A stretch of DNA of 64,000 nucleotides from Ascidiella aspersa (Eukaryota): contig OZ004610.1 of the NCBI GenBank assembly GCA_963924565.1, positions 14,942,001 through 15,006,000 on the forward strand, written 5' to 3'. This document shows, piece after piece, positions 11,218 to 24,432 of this stretch (positions are counted from its first letter, which is position 1; every line of letters starts with the position of its first letter). Made by a program: the position numbers and the translations under genes. The notes beneath the pieces are model-generated. The model saw only the letters and a list, made by a program, of their open reading frames with translations, was not told the DNA's origin and ran no database searches.

Positions 11218-14200
11218 CAGGTTAGATGCAGATACAACCTGAAACCAAAAATCATTTTTAACTGTTATTCAGCACAAGTAACTAACCCGAACATAATGTG
11301 TTTCTAGTGAGAAACTGTGATAAATAAAACTAAAAAATATTGATACATTAACAAACCTGAACAGGTAGTATATTTTTGGAGCGCATTGATGCTGGCTATT
11401 GTGACTTCATTCATAACGGCACATCAGATTACAGCGCATAACAGGCATATATACAAAATCTTAAACAAGTCAGGAGCTTAAATTTACAAATCCCAACAGC
11501 CCGCCGCACGAGTCTGTAAAGATAAAGCCTGCTTGAAATAGCTCTACCATAGTGCAACGTTTGTAAACTGAGTGACCGGCCTTTGTGTATTGTGACATGA
11601 AGCCGATAGTATCACATTACAAAAGAAGTTTTCACTTGAAAAGACGACACGGCCGCAAGTACAATGCGCAAACGGCATTTCACAACATCTCAGTTTAGGC
11701 CTAGACCAACTTAAATGTAACTGCGTTAACTGATACGCTAATCAAAAGCTATTTTTTGCTAAAGTTCTTAATGGCTTTTTTGCTAACACCGGCTAATTCG
11801 CCCGAAAATTGACTGTTCACGCAACACCATATGCGCAAAAGAGCGCCATTTCAAACGACCCGCTGCTGCTGCGGTTAGCTGCCCTTCGCGCGACTAGTTG
11901 TGCTATAACGGCCAGGCGAAAAGGCTGGAAAGACCGCGCGGGGCACTGCACTAACAATGCACTCGGCAGCGCAGTTGCAGGAAGCGCGATCAACGGAAAC
12001 TGCTGGAGCACACATGGCTTACCGATTATCATTGCGGCCGGCCCATGGTCCAATTTCGCGACTGGTCAACGCGACGCAAACAAAAGACAAGCGCATGGCT
12101 GGCAAAACGATAACAGCATTTAGCAAACAGGTGAAGCCAAATACCACCTTGCAAGGTCGACATCACTAAAACGACGCACTCGACTACTTTTTAACTTAAT
12201 AGAAACTGTGCACATCAACTAACGAATAAAGTTCTCCGCTGACGCTTTTACAGTTGAAGATCGATTTTGCCATTTGGCGGCCCAAAGTGCAGTAATAAAT
12301 TGATCCATCTGCAGTATCTTGACAACGGCCTACGCTTCCACGTTTCCTTCCTCCGCTGTGGACGCGGCGACCTACTTTCAAAGCCTCTGGTTGCCGCCGC
12401 TATTAATGTTCGGGAAGAAAAAATGCAGTCATAATTGTTTTTTCTCGTTGCGAGTTTTTTGGGAGGGCGGGGTTCAAGTAACGAACTTTCTGTGTTTGCA
12501 ATAAACAATTTTCAACAAATTACTTTTAAGTAAATGGCGTTTGTAAAAAAATAGGCTTAAACACATTGAAACATCGAAATTGTCAAAACACACATATCTA
12601 AAAATGGTCAAAACATTGGACAAGATGTTTGTTTATTTTTTATATACCTCCACACAAAATTATTGAACTTTGAAAACTTCAATTATAGCGTTTGAAATGT
12701 TAAATTGCTCAGCGTCTCACTTTCTTAAAACCGCTTCAATCTTAATTGAATTTAGTCCGGCAGAAGTTCACTGTTTTCATACACAAAGTTTTTACGTTAA
12801 CGAATCGAACTTGAAGGTCACAGTCTCACTTACAACCAGAGATGGGATTTGTAGTATTATCGAATCGAAGGAGATAACTTTGGTCAAGTGGTTTGATCAG
12901 CACACTTTGGATAGGAGGGTGCTATCAGTGCCGATATCGAATTGTTATGTGCTTTTTAAACATGGTTTGCGATTCAAACAGAGTTTTTATAATGACAGGT
13001 AAGAAAATAGTGAATTGTCATAGAAATTAACAACAATTCCTGCGACATTTCTCGAATGTATTGTTATATTACTATTGAGTTTTGCGTAACACAAGACAAT
13101 AGATATTAATTTATGTTTAATACTAGCGCAGGTGAAGTAGCTTAACCTAAAAAGAAAATTACTGAAGTAAGTAATACACCAAGTTTTCCAGTAAATACAA
13201 TTCACTTACTTTTATCAACCCTAATTTGGTGTAGGACGAGGGCGAAAAACAAAAGAGATTGCGAGGAAAACTTTTGTCGCAAAAATGCATTTGAATTCGC
13301 AAAATCATATTTATTTACACCTAATTCCATGTTATAATCTAAACTTATATAAACGTTGACATTCATTACAATACGTCACACCACAGGCTCCATATGGCGA
13401 TTAGAAGTGGTGACTGTTATTTCGAATTATCTTGCATTGTAAATTTTTAACACAATTAATTACGCAATTTGCAACATTATTAGGAACATTTGACTAATTA
13501 TACGCAGGCGGGTTTTGACAAAAAAAGTTAAACCACAATTTACGGTTTATCGAACATATCTTACAATGAATGCGCAGATACGCGATATAAACGCTAACAG
13601 AAAAAGTACTATGGAAAACTAAAATGTCAATCTTCCCTTACAGGTTCTTAAAAGAACTTGACGATAGGGGTCGCAGTTAGAGAGTGAACTTACATGAACC
13701 TGCCAAGATTTTCGTCCACTCGGGCATCTGGGCGGTCGCAAATTTAACAGCATTTCTTGTCGTAAGTTCTGTCCGTGACGCATTCGAGCACAAAAAACGA
13801 GATTCAGCGGCCTACTTTCCACGGGCCGTCGGGCAGGGTTATTCAGGTTCGCCAGGTCGTCGACGAATTACACGCGAAAACACGAAGGGAAGGAGAGGGA
13901 CGGGTATTGACCACTAGGCTGCCTTGCAACCACTTGTAGCTCTAGAAGCACGTTGCCACACAACACCAACAGCAAACCGCGCGTGGATTTAGGTCAGACG
14001 CACTAGAGGAGCAAAGGCGGCGAGACGCGATGCGATTCTACTAACCCGCCCCTGATTGCTCTGCGAACAGAACACGTGTGGGAAGCGCTGTTTAAGTTTC
14101 TCCAACAAAGAATTGATACGTTAATTGCGATTTCAGCCAAAAAATTAACACGCCTAAAACAATCCCTTAAGTAATTAAAGCATACATCGTACTACTGTAC

Positions 14201-14990
14201 GAAATTACTACTCCCAAACAAAGCATAAAACTGGTAATAGCAGGTAATGGACAAGGCAGATCATTCACCAATTCCACTCATTGCCAGATTTTAAATCAGC
14301 TTGTTTGAAAAACAGTTTTAAATTGATTTTATACAACTTGAATAAAATTAACAAAAATTTAAGACAATGAGCAATAAAATTCCTGTAGTTACCCACAAAA
14401 ATACACAACCATTACTTGTAAATCAAACATTAAAAGATGTTATAACTGGATTTTAGTTTATTTTTGGTAATAATTTACTTAACAGCAATATTCACAAGAG
14501 TGGTTTTCCAATCTAAAGCGCCATGTCAAAGCACAAAAGTAACACTAGAATTATTTTTAACACTTGTAAGTGTTATTAATAGGATTAAAGGTTAAATTTC
14601 TTTAATTACCAAAGATGTAATTAGGCTTATAATTTGACCCCAATCCAAAAAAAATGTTTATACATGTAATGGAAATCTATGCCTTGTGAAAACACAGAAT
14701 CTTATTACTTATATAGAGAAACGCCTATATTATTTAATATTGATGCCATTAACTTAGTGACAAATGAGCTTTGTGTGTAGGGATTTTTTGATTAACACAA
14801 TTTTAAATCACCTAATTATTGATAGAATTTTTTAGGAAAAATATAACAACACAACAAATCAAAAATCAAACAAAAATTGCACATAAAAACCTTTACAAAG
14901 GATTTATTTTAACACTGTCATTATTAACTACTGTATAAGATTTATCCAGCACTGAACAGCCTTTTATGTCATGTTAATCTGTTCAATAAA

Positions 14991-15012
14991 ATATATATAT
15001 ATATATATATAT
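14991..15012. repeat. (AT)n microsatellite
   Basis: About 11 AT units. Confidence 0.85.
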
Positions 15013-16561
15013 CTTTTTATTTGATATTATACAAAGTCAGCTGTCAGACATTTATGAAAGAATACTAGTTAATCACAGCGACACAGTAAAACTGCCGAGT
15101 AAAGACAACTGAATAAGCGTCCATAAAAATAGGAATAGCAGAGACTATAGCACAAAAAAATTAGTAAAGCATATTATACATTGAAGTTTACTAACAAAAG
15201 CAACATTTTAGGTTTATGTGTAGTTTCAATAAGTGCTCACCAATTTCCTGACTCACACATTCATTGGGTTTCAATCATGAAAATATTAACATGACTAAAA
15301 CATTTAGTATCACCACTTCTAACATTAGTAATATTTATTTAGATTAACATGAATTCTGATGTTATTGTTCTGCTTAGCTGCAATTCTGTCTATTCTTCAA
15401 GTATAATATCAAACTGTTAAATGTAATAATATATTAGCGACGGAAAGCCAAGTCAACTGACACTCCACATTGCAAAATTATAACCTGCACTGCATATAAA
15501 TCTAAGTAAAGTCCTTTAACTGATGTGTTTTCATAGTAACAGTCATTTTCCTAGGGGCCTGTTTTGTCTAGGCATCACCAGGTATTCATACAAGACACTT
15601 AAGACATAGTCAATTAGCAGATGGCTGTGTTTTTCCAGTAGGCCAACAGACCTGTGTAACCCGTTATGTGGCGCGTAAAAACTAAATCTTTATGAACATT
15701 TCCATGACCATGAGATGGTGTAATTATTAACTAATTCATTAAGGGTTTGCCTATGTATAATTACTTAAACGAATTATGAAGGCTAAACATGAAGTAATTT
15801 TTGGGCACGATTGCAGAACTATCTCAAGTAGCAATCCACAACAATCACGGAGTTTATTAAAACATTCAATGATACTTCTCTACAACTGACCAAACAATAA
15901 CCAAAAATTATATGTCGTTTCAAGAAATGTAAAACATCAGCTGAAATTCTGTGTTTGCTAGATTCTTTATATACTTTTCATCAATATAAAAAACGGTTCA
16001 TATTTATCTCATGGCAAACAAAACACAATAACAGTTTTTGTTTTTTGAAGACTAAAGATTGTTTATTTTCTTTTACATTCCTGATTGATTTGCAATAAAG
16101 CAGATAACATATGAGTATGCCAACCGCCACCAACATAAAAAAGTGATAAGTATTACAGCACGTATTTATAAAGTGATCACATCATATAAAAAAGTTTTTA
16201 TTAATTTTGTTTATATGTAATACCAGTTTTGGTAATGCAAAAACATTTTTCATATCTTACAACACAACTAGCTTGATGGGCAATGCGATTTCACGGTTGG
16301 TAATTCGCCATTCAACTTTTTACGGCAAATGGGTTTGTCCGGCTGTAGTAAACAACATCTTGCCACTATGCCACAGCCTACCGGGGCATTGACACTTGGC
16401 AGTAGCCACTAAATAGAATATGCACCTGATTTCTAAAAGACCAGTGGAATGCTCTGATGATAGTTTCAGGGCTAAAATTTATTTAGTAAATTTTCTTTTA
16501 AATCTATCAACTAAATATTACCAAGCTTAACTATAATATTATTTTTCATGTCGCATAGCAA

Positions 16562-16947
16562 CAGGGCTGCGGAGTCGGAGTCGGACTCGGGACTCGACGG
16601 AGTCGGTTTGTTTTGCCGGAGTCAGACTCGGGACTCGAGTAAGACCGCGTAAAACTACCCGAGTCCCGAGTCCGACGTGCGCATGCGCAGTATCAATTTT
16701 TTTAACTGTTAAGGTGGCAAAATGTAAGTTGAAAAAGTGTAATAGCAAATGTGAAATATTTTTTAACCATGTAATGCGGGGGATCAATTATGACACCAAT
16801 ATGAGTGGATTGCAGAAAATCCACCTTAATTTAGTTGCGTAAATGGGTAAAATACAGGCTGTAGAGTCGGAGCTGGACTCGGGACTCGGGTGTATTTTTT
16901 TGGCCGGAGTCGGACATGGGTTGTTTTTAACCGACTCCGCAGCCTTA
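16562..16947. mobile_element. hAT-type MITE with GAGTCG/GACTCG subterminal repeats
   Basis: TIR cagggctgcggagtcgg ... ccgactccgcagcctta; perfect 8-bp TSD catagcaa (16554-16561 and 16948-16955). A related decayed end lies at about 57437-57510. Confidence 0.85.
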
Positions 16948-17056
16948 CATAGCAATTACCTTGATTGATTAAGGTAGGCCTACCTATGATCATTTTGTAT
17001 GTTAAAACCAAGGCCAAGGGAGTATATATAGGCCTACCAACATATGTGTTTTAAAG

Positions 17057-17335
17057 CAGGAGTGACCAAACTACAAGTGGGGAAAAGATGCGTCGCGCAT
17101 ATAGTTAGCCTAATTGTTCAAGCCTGCTGTATGGTGCCCTTAATGAAGATAAAATACAGAGGAAATGTTTTCGGATGCAAATTCGAACTAAATTTTGATG
17201 AAGAAGGACAATCTTATATTTTATGCTAAATTAATGCTTTACGCGTTTAACGAGTATTAATTAAGTACCGTAGCCTATATCACGTTCAATTCAAAATTTT
17301 ATTTCAAGGCCAGTATTTGCCCAATGTTGCCCCTG
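17057..17335. mobile_element. Old hAT MITE
   Basis: cagga...ccctg ends with near-identical 8-bp flanks ttttaaag / ttttaagg. Confidence 0.5.
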
Positions 17336-17919
17336 TTTTAAGGAGTCAAGGTATTGTGCCGCCAAGAGTTGAGGTCATAGAGAGTGGTCTAGGTAGATAC
17401 CATACCATGTTGATTAGAGGCCGTTTTCAAATATTTTAATTTTTGCCGATCAATACGGAAGTTTGCACACAGCGCAGGATAAGTTAACTGCTGATTAAAT
17501 AATTGAATAAGCATAAAGACATATAATTTCATACTATATATCAGAGATGGTTAAAAGGTTACTATAGGTTATTTTTACGTGGCAGTTTATGAGGGATAAA
17601 TAGTAGGCTATATAGACCTACCTCCAGCTGCTTACTTCATGGAAGCTTGAATTAATGAGTTACAATAGCCTATTCAATACATTTGCACATCCACTGCAGT
17701 TATATGTTATATGTGATCTTAAGGGGAAGGTTTCTTGTGATGGGACATTTTTCGTAACGTTGTAGCTCTAAAATATAACAATAAATATTTTCTTAACTCC
17801 ATTCTCTGAACGCGCTACATATCGTATATAGCCTTCTGTCGAGGTTAAATAGCTTTCGCTAAACACTGCGCAGGACCAATCTTTTTTGTGGGTGGTTTGT
17901 TAGATTTTGTGGTCTATCT

Positions 17920-18383
17920 TAAGTCCCAGTCCAAGTCATCGGTTGGGCAAGCCAAGTCCCAGTCAAGTCACAATTAGAGCAAGTCAACTTCAAGACATGG
18001 CCTTGTCGTAAAAATAAAACGTTGAACTATTGGAATTTTTAATCTCGTACGATTATGAGCAATAACTGAACTCAAAAACGAGAAAAACGCAACTTATAGC
18101 AAACAAATTGTTTTATGTGCAAACATTTGGATAAATAGCTCAATTTGATTAAGAAAAGACTTACAGAAAGCACTTCAATTCAACCTAAGTAATTTGCCCA
18201 AAAGACTTAAGTAAAGTCAAGTCATTTGCCCGAATGACTTAAGTCAAGTCAAGTCATTTTGCCCAAATGACTTAAGTCAAGTCAAGTCATTTTGCCCAAA
18301 TGACTTAGTCAAGTCAAGTCATTTGAAAACAGTGACTTAAGTGCACTTAAGTCAAGTCATTGACTTAAGTCATTACAACACTG
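17920..18383. mobile_element. MITE remnant with tandem (AAGTC/GACTT)n arrays ending in a hAT-like acaacactg end
   Basis: Repeated tgacttaagtcaagtcaagtcattt units at 18200-18373. A related fragment lies at about 50300-50415. Left TIR not seen. Confidence 0.6.
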
Positions 18384-18396
18384 CAGTCCCTTATAG

Positions 18397-19258
18397 CAGG
18401 GGTCCGCAAATACGGGGTCGCGACCCCAATTTTGGTCGCGGGATCATTCAGTTTGGGTCGCGAAAGCCTTATTAATAGAGGCCTATATTTTGTGCTTATA
18501 TTTTTAGTTTTCTGATTGTTTCCATTAGTACACTGAATTGTATACAAGATAGCCGTCTTACTTTGAGCGCGACTAAAATTGTCACGCAAAATATTTACAC
18601 TAAGCCCCGTAAAAAGTCGTGAGTGTTCGTTCGATCCAGGTGATGGCAAAGAGCGCTTGCAATCCAACACTATTTTGGCCATTACCAACCAAACTGATCT
18701 GCTTACCGGAATCTGGGTTTACTTCTTGGTATATGTTTTTAAAAAAACTCTCTTTTATGTTTTATCCCGTTTCTGCAACCAAAGCGTCGTAAGTTCTCTT
18801 CGTTACATCGTGTCCCAAAATCCTTAGATGCGAGCCTTATAATGTTAAGTTTCCTAAATCAATTGCGATGAGACATCGGAAATTTTTAGTGATTCGCGCA
18901 AAAAAATTATTACACACCTTGCCAGTAATTATTGCACTAAGAAAGCGCAATAGCGGACGTGTGTCGGGGAATCTGTGGGGCTGCAAGCCTGCAACCCATA
19001 TTGGTTGCTAAATCATATTTGTCATCCGAATGAGACATCAAACGTAGTAAAACTCAAGGCTTCTTTTCAGTTGTGTTACAGAACCCTTTCTCTTTAAAAA
19101 CGCTTAACATATAGATCTGTCTTAATGAATAGAAACGCAATAAATTACTGTGTTTTTTTAGCAAAGCTATTGAATTGAAAACAACTCGAAGTATTTGGGT
19201 CGCGAGACCTCGGTACTAGTAATTTTGGGTCGCGCCAAAAAGTATTTGCGGACCCCTG
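18397..19258. mobile_element. Buster-type hAT MITE (862 bp)
   Basis: 17-bp TIR caggggtccgcaaatac / gtatttgcggacccctg; perfect TSD ccttatag; gggtcgcg subterminal repeats. A left-truncated second copy lies at about 21830-22672. Confidence 0.92.
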
Positions 19259-20272
19259 CCTTATAGAACAGACATAGATTTAATAGCAGTTAAAGGACAT
19301 CTGGTTGAATATTCTGAAAATCCATCAATAGGTTCACGGAAATGTATAGCCTACTAAGTACTAACGCGTCCAGCGTTTAAGAAGATAAAAAAGTCGGAAT
19401 GTGCTGGCCATTAGCGCTCATCGTGCCATTCATTGTTACCGTTTTTTTTTCTTAGCACCGCTTAAACAACCAATCTGGTGTTTTCCCTTACAAGCTAAAT
19501 TTTTTGAATAAGATTTTTGAACCGATACTTCGGTCTTGTCGGCTTCAAATTCTCAAAAAAAAACACAGAGAAAGACATAGAGTGGCTCCTGGTGAAGTAA
19601 GAGAAACAGAGTGCGATGTTTCTAAAGTTGTACAGCTGTTTTTTTTTCTGCCAGTTAGTTCCTCGTGCATGGAGTTATTAATGCAGTATCTTTTATTAAT
19701 GCAGTCGTTGTTTTTCTTTTGTAGCCAGATTGTTTTGGTAGTGTAATTTAATTAAACAGTAACATATAAATCATTGCACAGTCGCTTACTGTTTGTCACA
19801 ATTGTAGACTGCGTAACAATGCACACTGATGCAAGAGCAGATGTTAATATTGCGCAAACTGCAATGTATCGACTATCAATCAGAGCAAATGGGACATATT
19901 ATTCAAGTTACAAATATTTTGCCAAATTAAATTACTAGATAAACGATACAAAAGGCGACTCACAGAAAGCATTTTTACACATATTTTCTTTGAGTCCATT
20001 TCAAAGGCTATCATCTTGATATAATATTTTAGTTCGCGATTCTTGATTGTGTGCTCTTCTTTCTAATCTATATAGACTGTTCTAGTCTAGACGTTTTGCG
20101 AAATTAACCTAAATAATCGGATATTGTTTTCGCGAGACCGATTTGTTGCAATATTTTTCAATCTATTTAAACTCGATTACAGTTATACATTTCCGAGTTC
20201 ATCTTTAACATGATCATGACTCGCCCAATAGAAAAACATTGATCTGCCCAAATTTAGTACAAAACCCTAAAC

Positions 20273-21004
20273 CAGGGGTCGGCAACCTTTTTCTAGTCGC
20301 GGGCCAAAACCAAACTCAGAAAGATCTCTGCGGGCCGCACAAAATGATAACTAAGAATTGTGTTATTTTCATGTTAGAACAACTGTGAATCAGCCGGGCC
20401 TCGGATCGTTTTTGACTTAAAAACGTGTTGAATTACATTTAGGGAGGCAGTAAAGTGTTGGCGCAAAGCGCGAAAAAAAGCGTTTGTTCGGTTTAAAATT
20501 CGAGATTACACGTCGTCATCCATGCTACTAATGAAAAGTGTAACAAAACTACTTTGAGGAAACGCGATAACATTTAAGGTTTATCTAGCTCAGTGTTTGT
20601 TAAACTTTTTAAGTCAAGGCAGACCTGGCGAGCGAACCGAGCGCGATTTTTTGTTTTGGAAATACCTGCATTTTTTTAATTTCTTCCCGATTTTTATTAC
20701 ATTGCCGAAAATAAAAATTGTTAAAAAATATATGTCCAGCATTTTGAATACGTTCTCCGTCTTTCCGTGACGCACGGGGCAACGGTAAAGAAGCGCTGAT
20801 CTAGGTGAAAAGACAGCGTCAAAACGTAAACAAATCGGACGTGAGATGCTGATTCGCGCAAAGCGCGAAAATTTTTGCACTTACGTGGTTAAAATAGTCA
20901 AAAAGGAAGTGAAATGGACTCGTGTCTAATTTGTCACAGAGGCGGCGGGCCGGATGAATTACATCGAAGGATCCGGCCCGCGGGCCATAGGTTGCCGACC
21001 CCTG
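20273..21004 (+). mobile_element. hAT (Buster/Charlie-like) MITE, family A
   Basis: TIR caggggtcggcaacc / ggttgccgacccctg; flanks ccctaaac / ccccaaac; gcgggcc subterminal motifs. Confidence 0.9.
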
Positions 21005-21227
21005 CCCCAAACTTAGTAATCAATTAAATAAAGTATTGTGGTAATGCGAAAACAGTCGAAAATATAAAATATATAGAAGAAATAAAACCTTTGACAACTC
21101 ACGGAACACTCACCCGATTCGTCGGCAGTTTGGGATTGCCATGCCTCCAGTTTACTAGGCCCATTTCTTTCCTAAAGCAAATGGAATAAGACTTCCTGAT
21201 TCCAGGATCGCGCTTGTTCACATAGAA

Positions 21228-21659
21228 CAGGGGCTCCAAACCTTTTTTACACCGTGGCCCCTTTGAAAATTTTGAGAAATCAATGACCCCTTATTGTTTT
21301 CAACGTTTTGAAAATAATACGAAACGCAATTTTAGCTAAAAGACTGGTTTATACAGTACGGTAACTGGTAGTTAGAATGATAAAATGATATCAAAGCAAG
21401 ACACAAGAAAAATTATCAGTACAACAATTAGTTATTATATAAAAAAATATTATTAATAAATCTAAAAGTAAAACAAAGAAAGTAAACTCAAGATCACGAA
21501 GTAGCTTATTGCTGTAGGCCTACTGGTATATTTATTAAATTCATTTTTTTATTTTGTTATAGTGGGGTAGATTTAGAGACGATATATTAAAAAAAATAAA
21601 TATTGTTCAAATGTTTTCATGTTTCCTTTAAAAAAAGACTCCTGGCCCCCAGTTTGGAA
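21228..21659. mobile_element. hAT MITE with decayed right TIR (second copy about 24656-25062)
   Basis: caggggctccaaacc ... tggcccccagtttgga, flanked on both sides by acatagaa. Confidence 0.6.
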
Positions 21660-23685
21660 CATAGAAAGACAAATGTCTAATTCCAATTAGATGGGGACTC
21701 CCCATTACGTTGCTGAAGCGCGGGGAAAATGGAATCCTGCCCTGACCCTAACCCGAATAATGTGCGTTGTGGTAGGATTCTTGACTAGCGCCACTATTAA
21801 TATATTTTAAATAAAAATAAGTATATAGTTTTTGGTCGCGGGATTTTGTTCGCGGGATTATTCAGTTTGGGTCGCGAAAGCCTTATTAATAGAGGCCTAT
21901 ATTTTGTGCTTATATTTTTAGTTTTCTAATTGTTTCCATTAGTACACTGAATTGTATACAAGATAGCCGTCTTACTTTGAGCGCGACTAAAATTGTCACG
22001 CAAAATATTTACACTAAGCCCCGTAAAAAGTCGTGAGTGTTCGTTCGATCCAGGTGATGGCAAAGAGCGCTTGCAATCCAACACTATTTTGGCCATTACC
22101 AACCAAACTGATCTGCTTACCGGAATTTGGGTTTACTTCTTGGTATATGTTTTTAAAAAAACTCTCTTTTATGTTTTATCCCGTTTCTGCAACCAAAGCG
22201 TCGTAAGTTCTCTTCGTTACATCGTGTCCCAAAATCCTTAGATGCGAGCCTTATAATGTTAAGTTTCCTAAATCAATTGCGATGAGACATCGGAAATTTT
22301 TAGTGATTCGCGCAAAAAAATTATTACACACCTTGCCAGTAATTATTGCACTAAGAAAGCGCAATAGCGGACGTGTGTCGGGGAATCTGTGGGGCTGCAA
22401 GCCTGCAACCCATATTGGTTGCTAAATCATATTTATCATCCGAATGAGACATCAAACGTAGTAAAACTCAAGGCTTCTTTTCAGTTGTGTTACAGAACCC
22501 TTTCTCTTTAAAAACGCTTAACATATAGATCTGTCTTAATGAATAGAAACGCAATAAATTACTGTGTTTTTTTAGCAAAGCTATTGCATTGAAAACAACT
22601 CGAAGTATTTGGGTCGCGAGACCTCGGTACTAGTAATTTTGGGTCGCGCCAAAAAGTATTTGCGGACCCCTGCCTTATAGAACAGACATAGATTTAATAG
22701 CAGTTAAAGGACATCTGGTTGAATATTCTGAAAATCCATCAATAGGTTCACGGAAATGTATAGCCTACTAAGTACTAACGCGTCCAGCGTTTAAGAAGAT
22801 AAAAATGTCGGAATGTGCTGGCCATTAGCGCTCATCGTGCCATTCATTGTTACCGTTTTTTTTTCTTAGCACCGCTTAAACAACCAATCTGGTGTTTTCC
22901 CTTACAAGCTAAATTTTTTGAATAAGATTTTTGAACCGATACTTCGGTCTTGTCGGCTTCAAATTCTCAAAAAAAAACACAGAGAAAGACATAGAGTGGC
23001 TCCTGGTGAAGTAAGAGAAACAGAGTGCGATGTTTCTAAAGTTGTACAGCTGTTTTTTTTTCTGCCAGTTAGTTCCTCGTGCATGGAGTTATTAATGCAG
23101 TATCTTTTATTAATGCAGTCGTTGTTTTTCTTTTGTAGCCAGATTGTTTTGGTAGTGTAATTTAATTAAACAGTAACATATAAATCATTGCACAGTCGCT
23201 TACTGTTTGTCACAATTGTAGACTGCGTAACAATGCACACTGATGCAAGAGCAGATGTTAATATTGCACAAACTGCAATGTATCGACTATCAATCAGAGC
23301 AAATGGGACATATTATTCAAGTTACAAATATTTTGCCAAATTAAATTACTAGATAAACGATACAAAGGCGACTCACAGAAAGCATTTTTACACATATTTT
23401 CTTTGAGTCCATTTCAAAGGCTATCATCTTGATATAATATTTTAGTTCGCGATTCTTGATTGTGTGCTCTTCTTTCTAATCTATATAGACTGTTCTAGTC
23501 TAGACGTTTTGCGAATTTAACCTAAATAATCGGATATTTTTTTCGCGAGACCGATTTGTTGCAATATTTTTCAATCTATTTAAACTCGATTACAGTTATA
23601 CATTTCCGAGTTCATCTTTAACATGATCATGACTCGCCCAATAGAAAAACATTGATCTGCCCAAATTTAGTACAAAACCCTAAAC

Positions 23686-24432
23686 CAGGGGTCGGCAACC
23701 TTTTTCTAGTCGCGGGCCAAAACCAAACTCAGAAAGATCTCTGCGGGCCGCACAAAATGATAACTAAGAATTGTGTTATTTTCATGTTAAAACAACTGTG
23801 AATCAGCCGGGCCTCGGATCGTTTTTGACTTAAAAACGTGTTGAATTACATTTAGGGAGGCAGTAAAGTGTTGGCGCAAAGCGCGAAAAAAAGCGTTTGT
23901 TCGGTTTAAAATTCGAGATTACACGTCGTCATCCATACTACTAATGAAAAGTGTAATAAAACTACTTTGAGGAAACGCGATAACATTTAAGGTTTATCTA
24001 GCTCAGTGTTTGTTAAACTTTTTAAGTCAAGGCAGACCTGGCGAGCGAACCGAGCGCGATTTTTTGTTTTGGAAATACCTGCATTTTTTTAATTTCTTCC
24101 CGATTTTTATTACATTGCCGAAAATAAAAATTGTTAAAAAATATATGTCCAGCATTTTGAATACGTTCTCCGTCTTTCCGTGACGCACTTGGCTTCCTTC
24201 CACGGGGCAACGGTAAAGAAGCGCTGATCTAGGTGAAAAGACAGCGTCAAAACGTAAACAAATCGGACGTGAGATGCTGATTCGCGCAAAGCGCGAAAAT
24301 TTTTGCACTTACGTAGTTAAAATAGTCAAAAAGTAAGTGAAATGGACTCGTGTCTAATTTGTCACAGAGGCGGCGGGCCGGATGAATTACATCGAAGGAT
24401 CCGGCCCGCGGGCCATAGGTTGCCGACCCCTG
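23686..24432 (+). mobile_element. hAT MITE family A, duplicated copy
   Basis: Same TIRs and same flanks as 20273-21004, so it was copied by the segmental duplication rather than by transposition. Confidence 0.9.

Noticed and set aside
18200-18373. Regular AAGTC/GACTT repeats superficially like a CRISPR array
   Set aside because: No unique spacers and a eukaryotic context; these are MITE subterminal repeats.
18579-23160. Pairs of identical 80-82-aa ORFs
   Set aside because: They result from the 3.4-kb duplication of MITE and intergenic DNA; non-ATG starts and no recognisable domains.
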